The position numbers and the translations under genes are program-made. From an uncultured Bacilli bacterium (lineage in GTDB: Bacteria; Bacillota_I; Bacilli_A; RF39; UBA660), in the NCBI GenBank assembly GCA_947588685.1, contig CANPYM010000003.1, positions 5,587 through 69,586 of the forward strand: a DNA stretch of 64,000 nt. The letters run 5' to 3'. Shown here piece after piece: positions 18,857 to 26,816 of the stretch (positions are counted from its first letter, which is position 1; each line of letters starts with the position of its first letter). Below the pieces are notes generated by a model, which worked only from the letters and a program-made list of their open reading frames with translations, did not search any database and was not told the DNA's origin.

Positions 18857-19867
18857 TTAACTCACTAAAATCCATTCTTGAAAATAAGCAATTTTCGTAT
18901 GACAATAATCACACATACCTTTATTAATGTCAATTGATGCCCCACAATTAGAACACATAATGATATTAACATCGCCATCAAGATTAACTTGCTGATTAAG
19001 ATTTTGAACTAACGTATAGGTTGATACCATTGTTTTAGGCACAATTTTACCATCAATATAATAGATAACTCTAATTCTAACTTGAACATCGATGAAATGG
19101 CGATTATCTTTAATGTAATCCTTAAAAGAGACATAATCTAAAATGTCATAATCAATTACATCTTCTTTTGTATAATAATATTTTCTTATTTCATAATTAA
19201 AATTGTTAAAAAATTTCTTTTTATCAATATTGGTCCTTTGCCAAAATAGTTGTTGTTCTTTATTTTGTTTAGCTTTATATCTTTTAATCGGTCCTAAAAT
19301 AATATAAGCATCAGCTATATAGAATAAGTAATATAGTACTAATGAAAGGATAGCCGCATAAACAAATATTTTAATAATATCAATATCATTAAAAGTTCTA
19401 GATGTCGTTTTAATAAATATATAACTTAAAATAAGGCTTACTATAATATCGATAATACCTGTTATAACACGATAAATATTACTATGTAGAACAGCATCAT
19501 AATGATATTTACCGCCTAAGTCTTTATCAACATAGTCAATATTATAATATGTTTTACAATAAGGGCAGCCATCAAGAACATCTTTAACTAATGATCGCAT
19601 TCCACAGTTTGGACACACGTATTCTTCATCTTGGTTAGTAGTAATGAAGGTATATTCTATTCTTGAATCAAATTCCTTTTCGGTATGTTTTAAAACATTA
19701 TTGACATAATATTCTTTACCACATCTAATACCATTTTTAATGTTAACATCGCTAGGGCTTTGACTATCACGAATAACGATGTCATTACCGACGATATATT
19801 TAGTTTTAATACGAATATTATAACGTTTTAATTTTTCTTTATGAAAGGCATCTGATACCATAGACAT
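18857..19867 (-). CDS. Membrane protein with N- and C-terminal zinc ribbons (cassette gene 4)
   Basis: 336 aa. CPNC...CPYC near aa 85-105, two TM helices (IYRVITGIIDIIVSLILSYIFI and IFVYAAILSLVLYYLFYIADAYIIL), and a C-terminal domain ending CSNC...CDYC. GGAGGATT RBS lies within the 9-nt gap after gene 3. Confidence 0.65.
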   Translation of the reverse strand: MSMVSDAFHKEKLKRYNIRIKTKYIVGNDIVIRDSQSPSDVNIKNGIRCGKEYYVNNVLKHTEKEFDSRIEYTFITTNQDEEYVCPNCGMRSLVKDVLDGCPYCKTYYNIDYVDKDLGGKYHYDAVLHSNIYRVITGIIDIIVSLILSYIFIKTTSRTFNDIDIIKIFVYAAILSLVLYYLFYIADAYIILGPIKRYKAKQNKEQQLFWQRTNIDKKKFFNNFNYEIRKYYYTKEDVIDYDILDYVSFKDYIKDNRHFIDVQVRIRVIYYIDGKIVPKTMVSTYTLVQNLNQQVNLDGDVNIIMCSNCGASIDINKGMCDYCHTKIAYFQEWILVS

Positions 19868-19876
19868 CTAATCCTC

Positions 19877-20230
19877 CTACCTATTGTTGTTATTATTGTT
19901 ATTATTATTATTGTTGTTATTTGATGAAGAGCCTCCTGAAGATGATCCACTTGAAGCTACATAATGAGGAATAATGATGAGACTCGCTCCCGTTAAATCC
20001 AATCCATCAATTGATGCGTCAATACAAGGAGTATTAATAACATGAAGGACTTGATTATTATATATAAATGATATATTATCTTCCCCACCATGAACAACCC
20101 CATCAGGATTTTTTTCTATAAAGTTATAAATAAGCTCTAGTTCATCAGCTGTCAAATTATAATGTTTGGTAAGATCAATACATCTTTTTTTCCTAATTAG
20201 TTCCTCATAGGTTTCTGGTTCTTTATTCAT
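19877..20230 (-). CDS. 117-aa protein with a Ser/Gly + Asn13 C-terminal tail (cassette gene 3)
   Basis: Its ATG overlaps the rSAM stop (ATGA). About 90 aa of ordinary sequence are followed by SSGSSSGGSSS-N13-R. Confidence 0.6.
   Translation of the reverse strand: MNKEPETYEELIRKKRCIDLTKHYNLTADELELIYNFIEKNPDGVVHGGEDNISFIYNNQVLHVINTPCIDASIDGLDLTGASLIIIPHYVASSGSSSGGSSSNNNNNNNNNNNNNR
19883..19921 (-). repeat. (AAY)13 trinucleotide run encoding Asn13
   Basis: The plus strand reads att gtt gtt att att gtt att att att att gtt gtt att, which is 13 consecutive Asn codons on the minus strand. Confidence 0.9.
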
Positions 20231-21975
20231 TTAATCATCTCCTTATTGATATAGTAAAACTCCATATTTTGAAAAGGTAAATTAATTGCTTGCAAATGAT
20301 AGTAAGCATTATTTTTTTGTTTAGTATAATGATAATCTCTTAAAGCAGAGGTCGTAAAAAAGATATTATTAGGGTTATCCAAAGATAAATGGTCTTTATA
20401 TTCATAAATTAAATTAGTTATATCATAGGCATAATAATCTTCTTTATCAGATGGGATATTATCTAAAACCCCTTTATATATTTGATGCGTCATAATATGT
20501 TGTTGCTTAGTTCTATTTTCATCACCATATGTTACCATATTCCCACTTAATAACATAATGTATAAAGAATTGTTAATTGGGTAATCACATTCAGCATCAA
20601 GAAGGCTTTTTTTCATATATATCATAACTTTACTTTTTAAAGTTAAATAAATAATTTCACGTTTGTTCTTTAAGATTTGTGACGCTAAAGGATAACATAC
20701 ATCGTCAACATTCAAGATAAAGACACTATCATCATAAATATATTTTAGTTTAGGATCACTATTAATAATTTCTTCTAGACTAGGATATTCTTGTCCTTTG
20801 GGTTTAGGCATATAATTGTCTAATTTAGTTACACGCATCTTTTTTAGATATGTATAGACATTATCTTCATTATATTCATCAACTTTATATCCCCGGTCTT
20901 TATATAATTGCTGTTGCAATTTGCAAGTATAACTTTGATTAGTTTGATAAGTATTTTTGACAAAAGGGCAGCCTGTTTTACATAGATATAAATAGCCACA
21001 TTTAGCGCATTCTTCATTAAATGGTTTTCTATTATGATTAATAAATATCTTTTCTCTAGCTGTCTTTAATATTTCTTCAACACTATTTTGATAAATATTG
21101 CCATAATAATAATCTTTATTCTTTTGGCCTCTTACGCAAGAATATATATCGCCGTTCTTCTCAAGTAAGAAAAACTTCTCACCACAATTATCACAATTGG
21201 TACAATATTCTGGTCCAAACTCATCAAACCAAGCTCCGTTAACACCAGCATCTAAGTCTGTTCCATCAAACTCTTGATGCATTCTTTGATAAAACTTAAC
21301 CTGCTCATCTTCACTCATATGATGAAGAAGACCATTCGAATTGTAGTCAAAACCAATCATAAAATTGAAGTCATTCATATCCAAACAAGTATTTTTATGT
21401 AGGAAAATGATATCTTCAATAATTTGATCAAGATGTTGATAATGTTCCTTAAAAATGGTGGCAGATACTTTCTTCTTATTAGGAATATCTTTAAGTAGTT
21501 CAATATTTTCTAGTATTTTATCTAGGGTTTTTCCTCCACCTTTTGTAAGACGATATTCATCATGTAATGAAAGGGGTAAATCAAGACTACCTGAGATAGA
21601 AACATTAAACTCTTTTATCGTATCAATATGTTTATCTAATTGATACATATTCGTTTTAATATGAGGTCTACCAACTTTAAAGCCCCCAGCTGTTATAATA
21701 TCTTTATTCATATCATAATAAGAGCTTATATAGGCAATAAGATTATGAAAATCTTCTTTGCTAAGAGTTGTTACCTCCCCACCATGAAGGGAAATGTTAA
21801 AAGGTATAACATTACTCTCTTTGAATTTGGAAACAGCATACTTTAAAGTATCTAAGGCTTTATAAGATGTTTGTTCATCTTTAGTATTATCTTCTAAGTA
21901 ACAATACCTGCAAGCCATATTACAAGCCATCGTCGGTACATATAAAAGATGAATATATTTATAATCACTATTCAT
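20227..21975 (-). CDS. Radical SAM / SPASM-domain enzyme with an unassigned ~220-aa C-terminal domain (cassette gene 2)
   Basis: 582 aa. CNMACRYC (CX3CX2C) at aa 18-25, verified in the DNA at 21901..21924. GGE motif SLHGGEV. SPASM cysteines CX15(GX4)C at aa 264-280 and CAKCGYLYLCKTGC (CX2CX5CX3C) at aa 323-336, plus C351. Aa ~360-582 match nothing I recognise. Confidence 0.85.
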   Translation of the reverse strand: MNSDYKYIHLLYVPTMACNMACRYCYLEDNTKDEQTSYKALDTLKYAVSKFKESNVIPFNISLHGGEVTTLSKEDFHNLIAYISSYYDMNKDIITAGGFKVGRPHIKTNMYQLDKHIDTIKEFNVSISGSLDLPLSLHDEYRLTKGGGKTLDKILENIELLKDIPNKKKVSATIFKEHYQHLDQIIEDIIFLHKNTCLDMNDFNFMIGFDYNSNGLLHHMSEDEQVKFYQRMHQEFDGTDLDAGVNGAWFDEFGPEYCTNCDNCGEKFFLLEKNGDIYSCVRGQKNKDYYYGNIYQNSVEEILKTAREKIFINHNRKPFNEECAKCGYLYLCKTGCPFVKNTYQTNQSYTCKLQQQLYKDRGYKVDEYNEDNVYTYLKKMRVTKLDNYMPKPKGQEYPSLEEIINSDPKLKYIYDDSVFILNVDDVCYPLASQILKNKREIIYLTLKSKVMIYMKKSLLDAECDYPINNSLYIMLLSGNMVTYGDENRTKQQHIMTHQIYKGVLDNIPSDKEDYYAYDITNLIYEYKDHLSLDNPNNIFFTTSALRDYHYTKQKNNAYYHLQAINLPFQNMEFYYINKEMIK

Positions 21976-23869
21976 AATTACCCCTAAAAGTCATTATCAT
22001 ATTCGTTAAAGGACTTAAGTTACTATCATTTATATTAGAAGATGTTGAAACATTAGAATTATTATCTAGATTATTACCTGTATTAATATTATCATTGCTA
22101 TTAATGTTACTATTTTGATTACTACTTATATTACTATTTACGTTGCTATTTATATTGCTATTTAAATTACTATTGTTATTGTTACCATAATTACTATCAT
22201 AGCTATAGTCATAATCACCTGTATAAATTAGGGTTGAACCTTTCGGTGTATATTTGTGAATGTTAGTTGGGCTTTCTTTAAAAGCACGATAGTTGTATTC
22301 TGTCTCATATGGTAGATAAATACTATATAAGTTATCACATGACCTAAAGGCCGAAGAGCCAATTTCTTTCAATTTACTAGTCGGATTAATTTTAACTTCT
22401 TTTAAAGAGGAACAACCATAGAAAGCATGGCCACCAATCCGAACCACTTTATCAGGTATTTCTACCTTTTCAAGCGAGCGACAATTTTCAAATGTATTAC
22501 CGCGGATTTCCTTTATGTTTGATGGAATATGAATGTTCTTTAATGAAAAACAGTTTCTAAAAGCCTCGCCACCTATGTAAGTTACACTATCAGGAATGTT
22601 TATTTCTTTTAAATTATAATCATTAGCGAAAGCCCCACCACGAATTTGAATCATAGTCTCAGGTAGTTCAACATTCTTTAAGAAAAACATATTAGAAAAA
22701 GCATTACCTCTTAAGCCTATTACCGGTTTTCCTTTATACTCTTCTGGCACTTTAACGGTTGTAAAATTCGTTAAACCAAAAGTGTAGAATCTTAAGACAT
22801 AGCCATCGTCATTGTTATCATAAATAGTATGAGGGTTATAAAAGATTACAAGGGGAAGTAAAATAGCTAATAATGTTGCTGTTATAAGTAAAGGATAACT
22901 ATTATTAGGAACTAACTGTTCTTTAGTACTCATAACAATATTAGATATTTTCTCACTTGGCCTAGCTTTTACCTGCTTAACTAAATATTTAATAAACTTC
23001 ATTCGCCGCATTAAAATGCCATAAATAACAAGAATTATTAGACCTATAAAATAAGTTAAAAATGGAAAATGGAAGAAAATTAAAGATATATAAATGAAAA
23101 TTAAGAACGCAAAAATAAATCCTAATATTTTCTTTCTCTTAATCATTTCTCTAGGAAGCATTTTAGGTTGTTCTGTTAACCCAACTTTAACTAGCTCTCT
23201 TTTAATAAACTCCTCAGTTAAAGCCTTTTCTGATAAATTATACATAGGATCAAAACTACTAGCATCGACAATTTGTCTAGGGGCTATAGTAGCGTCAGGG
23301 TTAGGAGTAACGATAACATTATCTCCGGAAAAAGCTTTGCCACAATTAGTACAAAACTTATCACTGATTTTCATCACATTTTCACAATTAGCGCAAGTCA
23401 AAATAACGCTATTTAAGGTTTGAGGAGCATTAGAAGTTTGATTCACACTTGTTAATGTATTAGTTAAATTGCCATTAGGAGTATTTTGAGTAAAATTCAA
23501 ATTACTCGTATTTGTAGCTAGTGTAGCGCTATTTTTCTTTTGAGCTATTGCTAATGCAATTGGCACAATAATACCGCCACCAATAAAGATTGATAGCCCA
23601 TCGATGACTTCAGTAGTAGATGCGTTTATCAAATTACCAATAAATAATAATATTACTCTAGCAACACATAGCCATACGAATAGACGTCCTTCGTCATTAG
23701 GACGAATAGCGCCAGCAAGGGGTTCTAAAAAGATAGGACATACAAATATACTAAGTATGCCCTCTACAAAAAAGGCCTCGTCAAAATCATAACTTCTAAA
23801 TATGAAACCAACTGTTAATAATATAATCATTGACAATATTGTCGCTATCCAACTGGAAATTTTCTTCAT
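21968..23869 (-). CDS. Polytopic membrane protein with zinc ribbon, BspA-type leucine-rich repeats and an Asn/Ser-rich tail (cassette gene 1)
   Basis: 633 aa. N-terminal TM bundle, then CANC...CTNCGK, more TM helices, then ~6 LRR units (IGGEAFRNCFSLKNIHIPSNIKEIRGNTFENCRSLEKVEIPDKV...), then an NSNxNSN tail. Its last 8 nt overlap the rSAM start. Confidence 0.7.
   Translation of the reverse strand: MKKISSWIATILSMIILLTVGFIFRSYDFDEAFFVEGILSIFVCPIFLEPLAGAIRPNDEGRLFVWLCVARVILLFIGNLINASTTEVIDGLSIFIGGGIIVPIALAIAQKKNSATLATNTSNLNFTQNTPNGNLTNTLTSVNQTSNAPQTLNSVILTCANCENVMKISDKFCTNCGKAFSGDNVIVTPNPDATIAPRQIVDASSFDPMYNLSEKALTEEFIKRELVKVGLTEQPKMLPREMIKRKKILGFIFAFLIFIYISLIFFHFPFLTYFIGLIILVIYGILMRRMKFIKYLVKQVKARPSEKISNIVMSTKEQLVPNNSYPLLITATLLAILLPLVIFYNPHTIYDNNDDGYVLRFYTFGLTNFTTVKVPEEYKGKPVIGLRGNAFSNMFFLKNVELPETMIQIRGGAFANDYNLKEINIPDSVTYIGGEAFRNCFSLKNIHIPSNIKEIRGNTFENCRSLEKVEIPDKVVRIGGHAFYGCSSLKEVKINPTSKLKEIGSSAFRSCDNLYSIYLPYETEYNYRAFKESPTNIHKYTPKGSTLIYTGDYDYSYDSNYGNNNNSNLNSNINSNVNSNISSNQNSNINSNDNINTGNNLDNNSNVSTSSNINDSNLSPLTNMIMTFRGNYE
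22019..22192 (-). repeat. Degenerate short tandem repeats encoding the Asn/Ser-rich tail
   Basis: Encodes NNNNSNLNSNINSNVNSNISSNQNSNINSNDNINTGNNLDNNSNVSTSSNINDSN. The DNA shows imperfect ~12-nt periodicity (ttgctattta / ttactattt variants). Confidence 0.7.
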
Positions 23870-23904
23870 ACAACCACCATCTCCTAATATTCCTACTATA
23901 AATC

Positions 23905-23913
23905 ATTATATCA
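23905..23913 (-). promoter_or_regulatory. Extended -10 element (TGaTATAAT) upstream of the cassette
   Basis: Minus-strand TGATATAAT about 36 nt upstream of the gene 1 ATG. The -35 is weak (TTAGAG/TAGAGT). Confidence 0.45.
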
Positions 23914-23941
23914 TAACTTTATAAAATACTCTAAAAAAGAC

Positions 23942-23971
23942 ATCAAAAAACTCACTAATTTAGTGAGTTTA
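23942..23971 (-). terminator. Rho-independent terminator of ychF
   Basis: AAACTCACTA-att-TAGTGAGTTT. The stem overlaps the ychF stop and a T-run follows on the minus strand. Confidence 0.75.
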
Positions 23972-25066
23972 TACATTAAATCTAAAATAGCAGATATCGC
24001 CATCTTGCATTAAGTATTCTTTACCTTCAAGTCGCATCTTACCGGCTTCTTTAACAGCTTTTTCATTGCCACAAGCTTCTAAGTCCGTATAGCTCATAAC
24101 TTCAGCTTTAATAAAGCCTCTTTCAAAATCCGTATGAATAATGCCAGCACATTCAGGAGCTTTCATACCATCTTTGAAAGTCCAAGCCCTTACTTCATCA
24201 GATCCGGCGGTAAAGAAAGTCTTTAACCCTAATAAAGAATAAGATGCTTTAATCAGTTTATCCAAGCCACTCTCTTCAATGCCTAAAGTGCTTAAGAACT
24301 CTAACCTTTCATCGTCTGTAAGTTCACTTAATTCTTCTTCGATTTTAGCACAAACGATAATGACTTTTGCACCAGTTTTATCAGCGAATTCCTTAACTTT
24401 ATCAACATAAGTATTACCATCTTTAGCGTCATCTTCACTAACATTAGCCATATAAATAATTGGTTTAGCTGTTAATAGGTTATATGGTTTGATTATCTTA
24501 ATCTCATCTTGCGTAAGTTCAACATCACGAATATTTTGACCATTTTCTAAAGCTTCTTTTAATTTTGTTAAAAGCGTTGCCTCTTTTTGAACTTCTTTAT
24601 CTTTGGACATTGTTGCTTTTTTACCAATCTTATTTAACCGGTTATCAACTATTTCTAAATCCGCTAAAATAAGTTCTAAAGCAATCGTCTCAATATCTCT
24701 TAAAGGATTAATTTCATTTTCGACATGAATAATATTTTTATCTTCAAAACACCTTACAACTTCTACAATAGCGTCAACTTCACGAATATGAGATAGAAAC
24801 TTATTGCCTAATCCTTCCCCTTTAGAAGCGCCTTTAACAAGGCCAGCAATATCGGTAAACTCAAAAGTTGTTGGAACTAAGCTAGCTGGTTTATATAAAT
24901 CATTTAAAAAGTCTAGCCTTTTATCGGGAACAACCACAACACCAACATTAGGTTCAATTGTCGCAAAAGGATAATTGGCTGCTAAAATCTTTTGTTTCGT
25001 TATCGCATTAAATAGGGTTGACTTACCAACATTAGGTAAACCAACAATACCGGTTGTTAAACTCAT
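23969..25066 (-). CDS. ychF: Redox-regulated ATPase YchF
   Basis: 365 aa. G1 motif GLPNVGKST and a TGS-like C-terminus ending MQDGDICYFRFNV. Confidence 0.96.
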   Translation of the reverse strand: MSLTTGIVGLPNVGKSTLFNAITKQKILAANYPFATIEPNVGVVVVPDKRLDFLNDLYKPASLVPTTFEFTDIAGLVKGASKGEGLGNKFLSHIREVDAIVEVVRCFEDKNIIHVENEINPLRDIETIALELILADLEIVDNRLNKIGKKATMSKDKEVQKEATLLTKLKEALENGQNIRDVELTQDEIKIIKPYNLLTAKPIIYMANVSEDDAKDGNTYVDKVKEFADKTGAKVIIVCAKIEEELSELTDDERLEFLSTLGIEESGLDKLIKASYSLLGLKTFFTAGSDEVRAWTFKDGMKAPECAGIIHTDFERGFIKAEVMSYTDLEACGNEKAVKEAGKMRLEGKEYLMQDGDICYFRFNV

Positions 25067-25118
25067 AAAATCACCTTCATATCAAGTTTACTATATTCAT
25101 TTTTAAAAATCAATCATT

Positions 25119-26756
25119 CTATTTATATACTAAATATTTAGCTAATTCATCGTTGACAACTTCTCTTATCGCTTCTAAATTATAGCGACGATCACGAATG
25201 TTGTCATATAGTTCTATTACGTCTTTCGATACAAAAGCTGGATAATCATATTCTTTTGGTAGTTGATACTCACTATAAGTCTTATAAGGAGCCAAATCAT
25301 ATTTTTCAGCTAAATAGGTTAAGAAGACATCTAACTTTTGACTATATAAAGCATTATAATTATCGATTGTAATATGATATCCACGGGTTTGAAGTAAAGC
25401 AAAGAAGCCAACACTCATTCGTTGTTCGAAGAGACGAATTAAATACATATTATAATCGATTGGAACATCCTTAGTCTCATTTAAAACTAATAGATTAATA
25501 AAGAATAAATCCGTAAGCTGGATGTTAGCGTAATCAACAACTATATTGATAAAACTCTGTATATCAAGATCTGGATTAATTTCCAAGGCTTTTTCATATA
25601 AATCACTAGGAAATAGGCCTAACATTAAATCATATGCCACGAGCATTTTAACAACATCCACGAAGTCCTCATTACTAAAGACCGGAAATTGTTCCAATAG
25701 AGCAATCGGATTTTTAGATAGACTATATCTTAAAAAGCCATCTTGTTCATAGTCATCTTGTAAGCTTAAAACAAAACGGATATTATCTAAAATTTCTCTT
25801 TCTTCAAAACTAGCTAAAAGACCGCGATCGGTTAAACTCATCGCATATTCTTCCGCTGTTACTTCCTCAATAAAATTAAACATTAAGGTATCATCTTCAT
25901 AATAATTTATACCCGTAAAAGTTGTATACACATCAGCTTGGTATTCATCAGGACAAGCAGCCGCTAAAAAATGTTTAAACTCGTGCATATTAATCGGCTT
26001 AAAACTTTCTAAAGATGGGTATTTGCTATCACTTGTTAAGATCCAACTGATGTCTTCAAAAGATGTGGCAGCTACAACCCCCAAAGTTTCACTATCCGCA
26101 TTATCACGATACGTAAAAGCTATGTGCGATAATAGGCAAGCAAGATGAGCCATATCATAATCCAGGTATCTTTTTTTCGTTTCTAAAACAATTTCTTTTA
26201 ATTGATTTAAAACAATATTAATATCGTCTAAAGACATATTTTTAATACCCTTATACTTATCATGATTTTCTTTTTTAACTAAATTTAAGCTATCAAAAAG
26301 AACAAGTAAAGTTCCATTAGCTTTAATTTTAAGAGCAAGGTTAGTCCAATTGATAGTATCTTTAGAACGATTATAAAAAAGCATATTATCATGCTTCATA
26401 ACTAATCCTGTCACATTAGGATCAGTTAAAGCATCAAAAAGATAATCATCAATGTTTAATGTATTAATGATATCATCAGAAACATAGCCCGTTGCTTTAA
26501 TTTTTTGGGCCCAATCTTTGGCAGTAGTTAAATCAGTACCTGTCTTTTCATCAAGAGATAAAACAATATCATCTACTGTCGCTATTTTATTAGGAGCACG
26601 ATGAAAATAAGGATAATCACTATCTTCCATCTGTTGTGCGACTAATTTGATATTTTCAGAACTTCTAAAATGCATTTTACATAAAGTAAGGCCTACATTA
26701 CCTGTCATAATTACCGCTAAAAGTCCTGCATAAAAGCGAATCTTATGTTTCATCAT
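25119..26756 (-). CDS. Membrane-anchored or secreted hypothetical protein with an HEXXH motif
   Basis: 545 aa. N-terminal hydrophobic helix (FYAGLLAVIMTGNVGLTLC). HEFKH at aa 258-262, verified in the DNA at 25971..25985. Otherwise unrecognised. Confidence 0.5.
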   Translation of the reverse strand: MMKHKIRFYAGLLAVIMTGNVGLTLCKMHFRSSENIKLVAQQMEDSDYPYFHRAPNKIATVDDIVLSLDEKTGTDLTTAKDWAQKIKATGYVSDDIINTLNIDDYLFDALTDPNVTGLVMKHDNMLFYNRSKDTINWTNLALKIKANGTLLVLFDSLNLVKKENHDKYKGIKNMSLDDINIVLNQLKEIVLETKKRYLDYDMAHLACLLSHIAFTYRDNADSETLGVVAATSFEDISWILTSDSKYPSLESFKPINMHEFKHFLAAACPDEYQADVYTTFTGINYYEDDTLMFNFIEEVTAEEYAMSLTDRGLLASFEEREILDNIRFVLSLQDDYEQDGFLRYSLSKNPIALLEQFPVFSNEDFVDVVKMLVAYDLMLGLFPSDLYEKALEINPDLDIQSFINIVVDYANIQLTDLFFINLLVLNETKDVPIDYNMYLIRLFEQRMSVGFFALLQTRGYHITIDNYNALYSQKLDVFLTYLAEKYDLAPYKTYSEYQLPKEYDYPAFVSKDVIELYDNIRDRRYNLEAIREVVNDELAKYLVYK

Positions 26757-26788
26757 TTACCCCCGATAAATTGCTTTTTATCATAGCA

Positions 26789-26816
26789 CAAAAAAAGGAA
26801 TCCGACAATTCCTTTT
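26789..26816 (-). terminator. Rho-independent terminator after the AbgT-like gene
   Basis: AAGGAAT-tgtcgg-ATTCCTT followed by a T-run on the minus strand. Confidence 0.75.

Noticed and set aside
19883-19921. The (AAY)13 run as an on/off phase-variation switch.
   Set aside because: The unit is a trinucleotide and the codons alternate AAT and AAC. Slippage would stay in frame and only change tail length, so I report it as a length-variable tail rather than a frameshift switch.
18857-23869. Mobile-element hallmarks (integrase, transposase, flanking direct or inverted repeats) around the rSAM cassette and around the adhesin gene.
   Set aside because: No recombinase genes are present, and I could find no matching repeats at the boundaries (18137..18856 versus 23870..23968, and 47259..47393 versus 55011..55156). 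The accessory status rests only on the synteny break and AT-richness, so no mobile_element feature is called.
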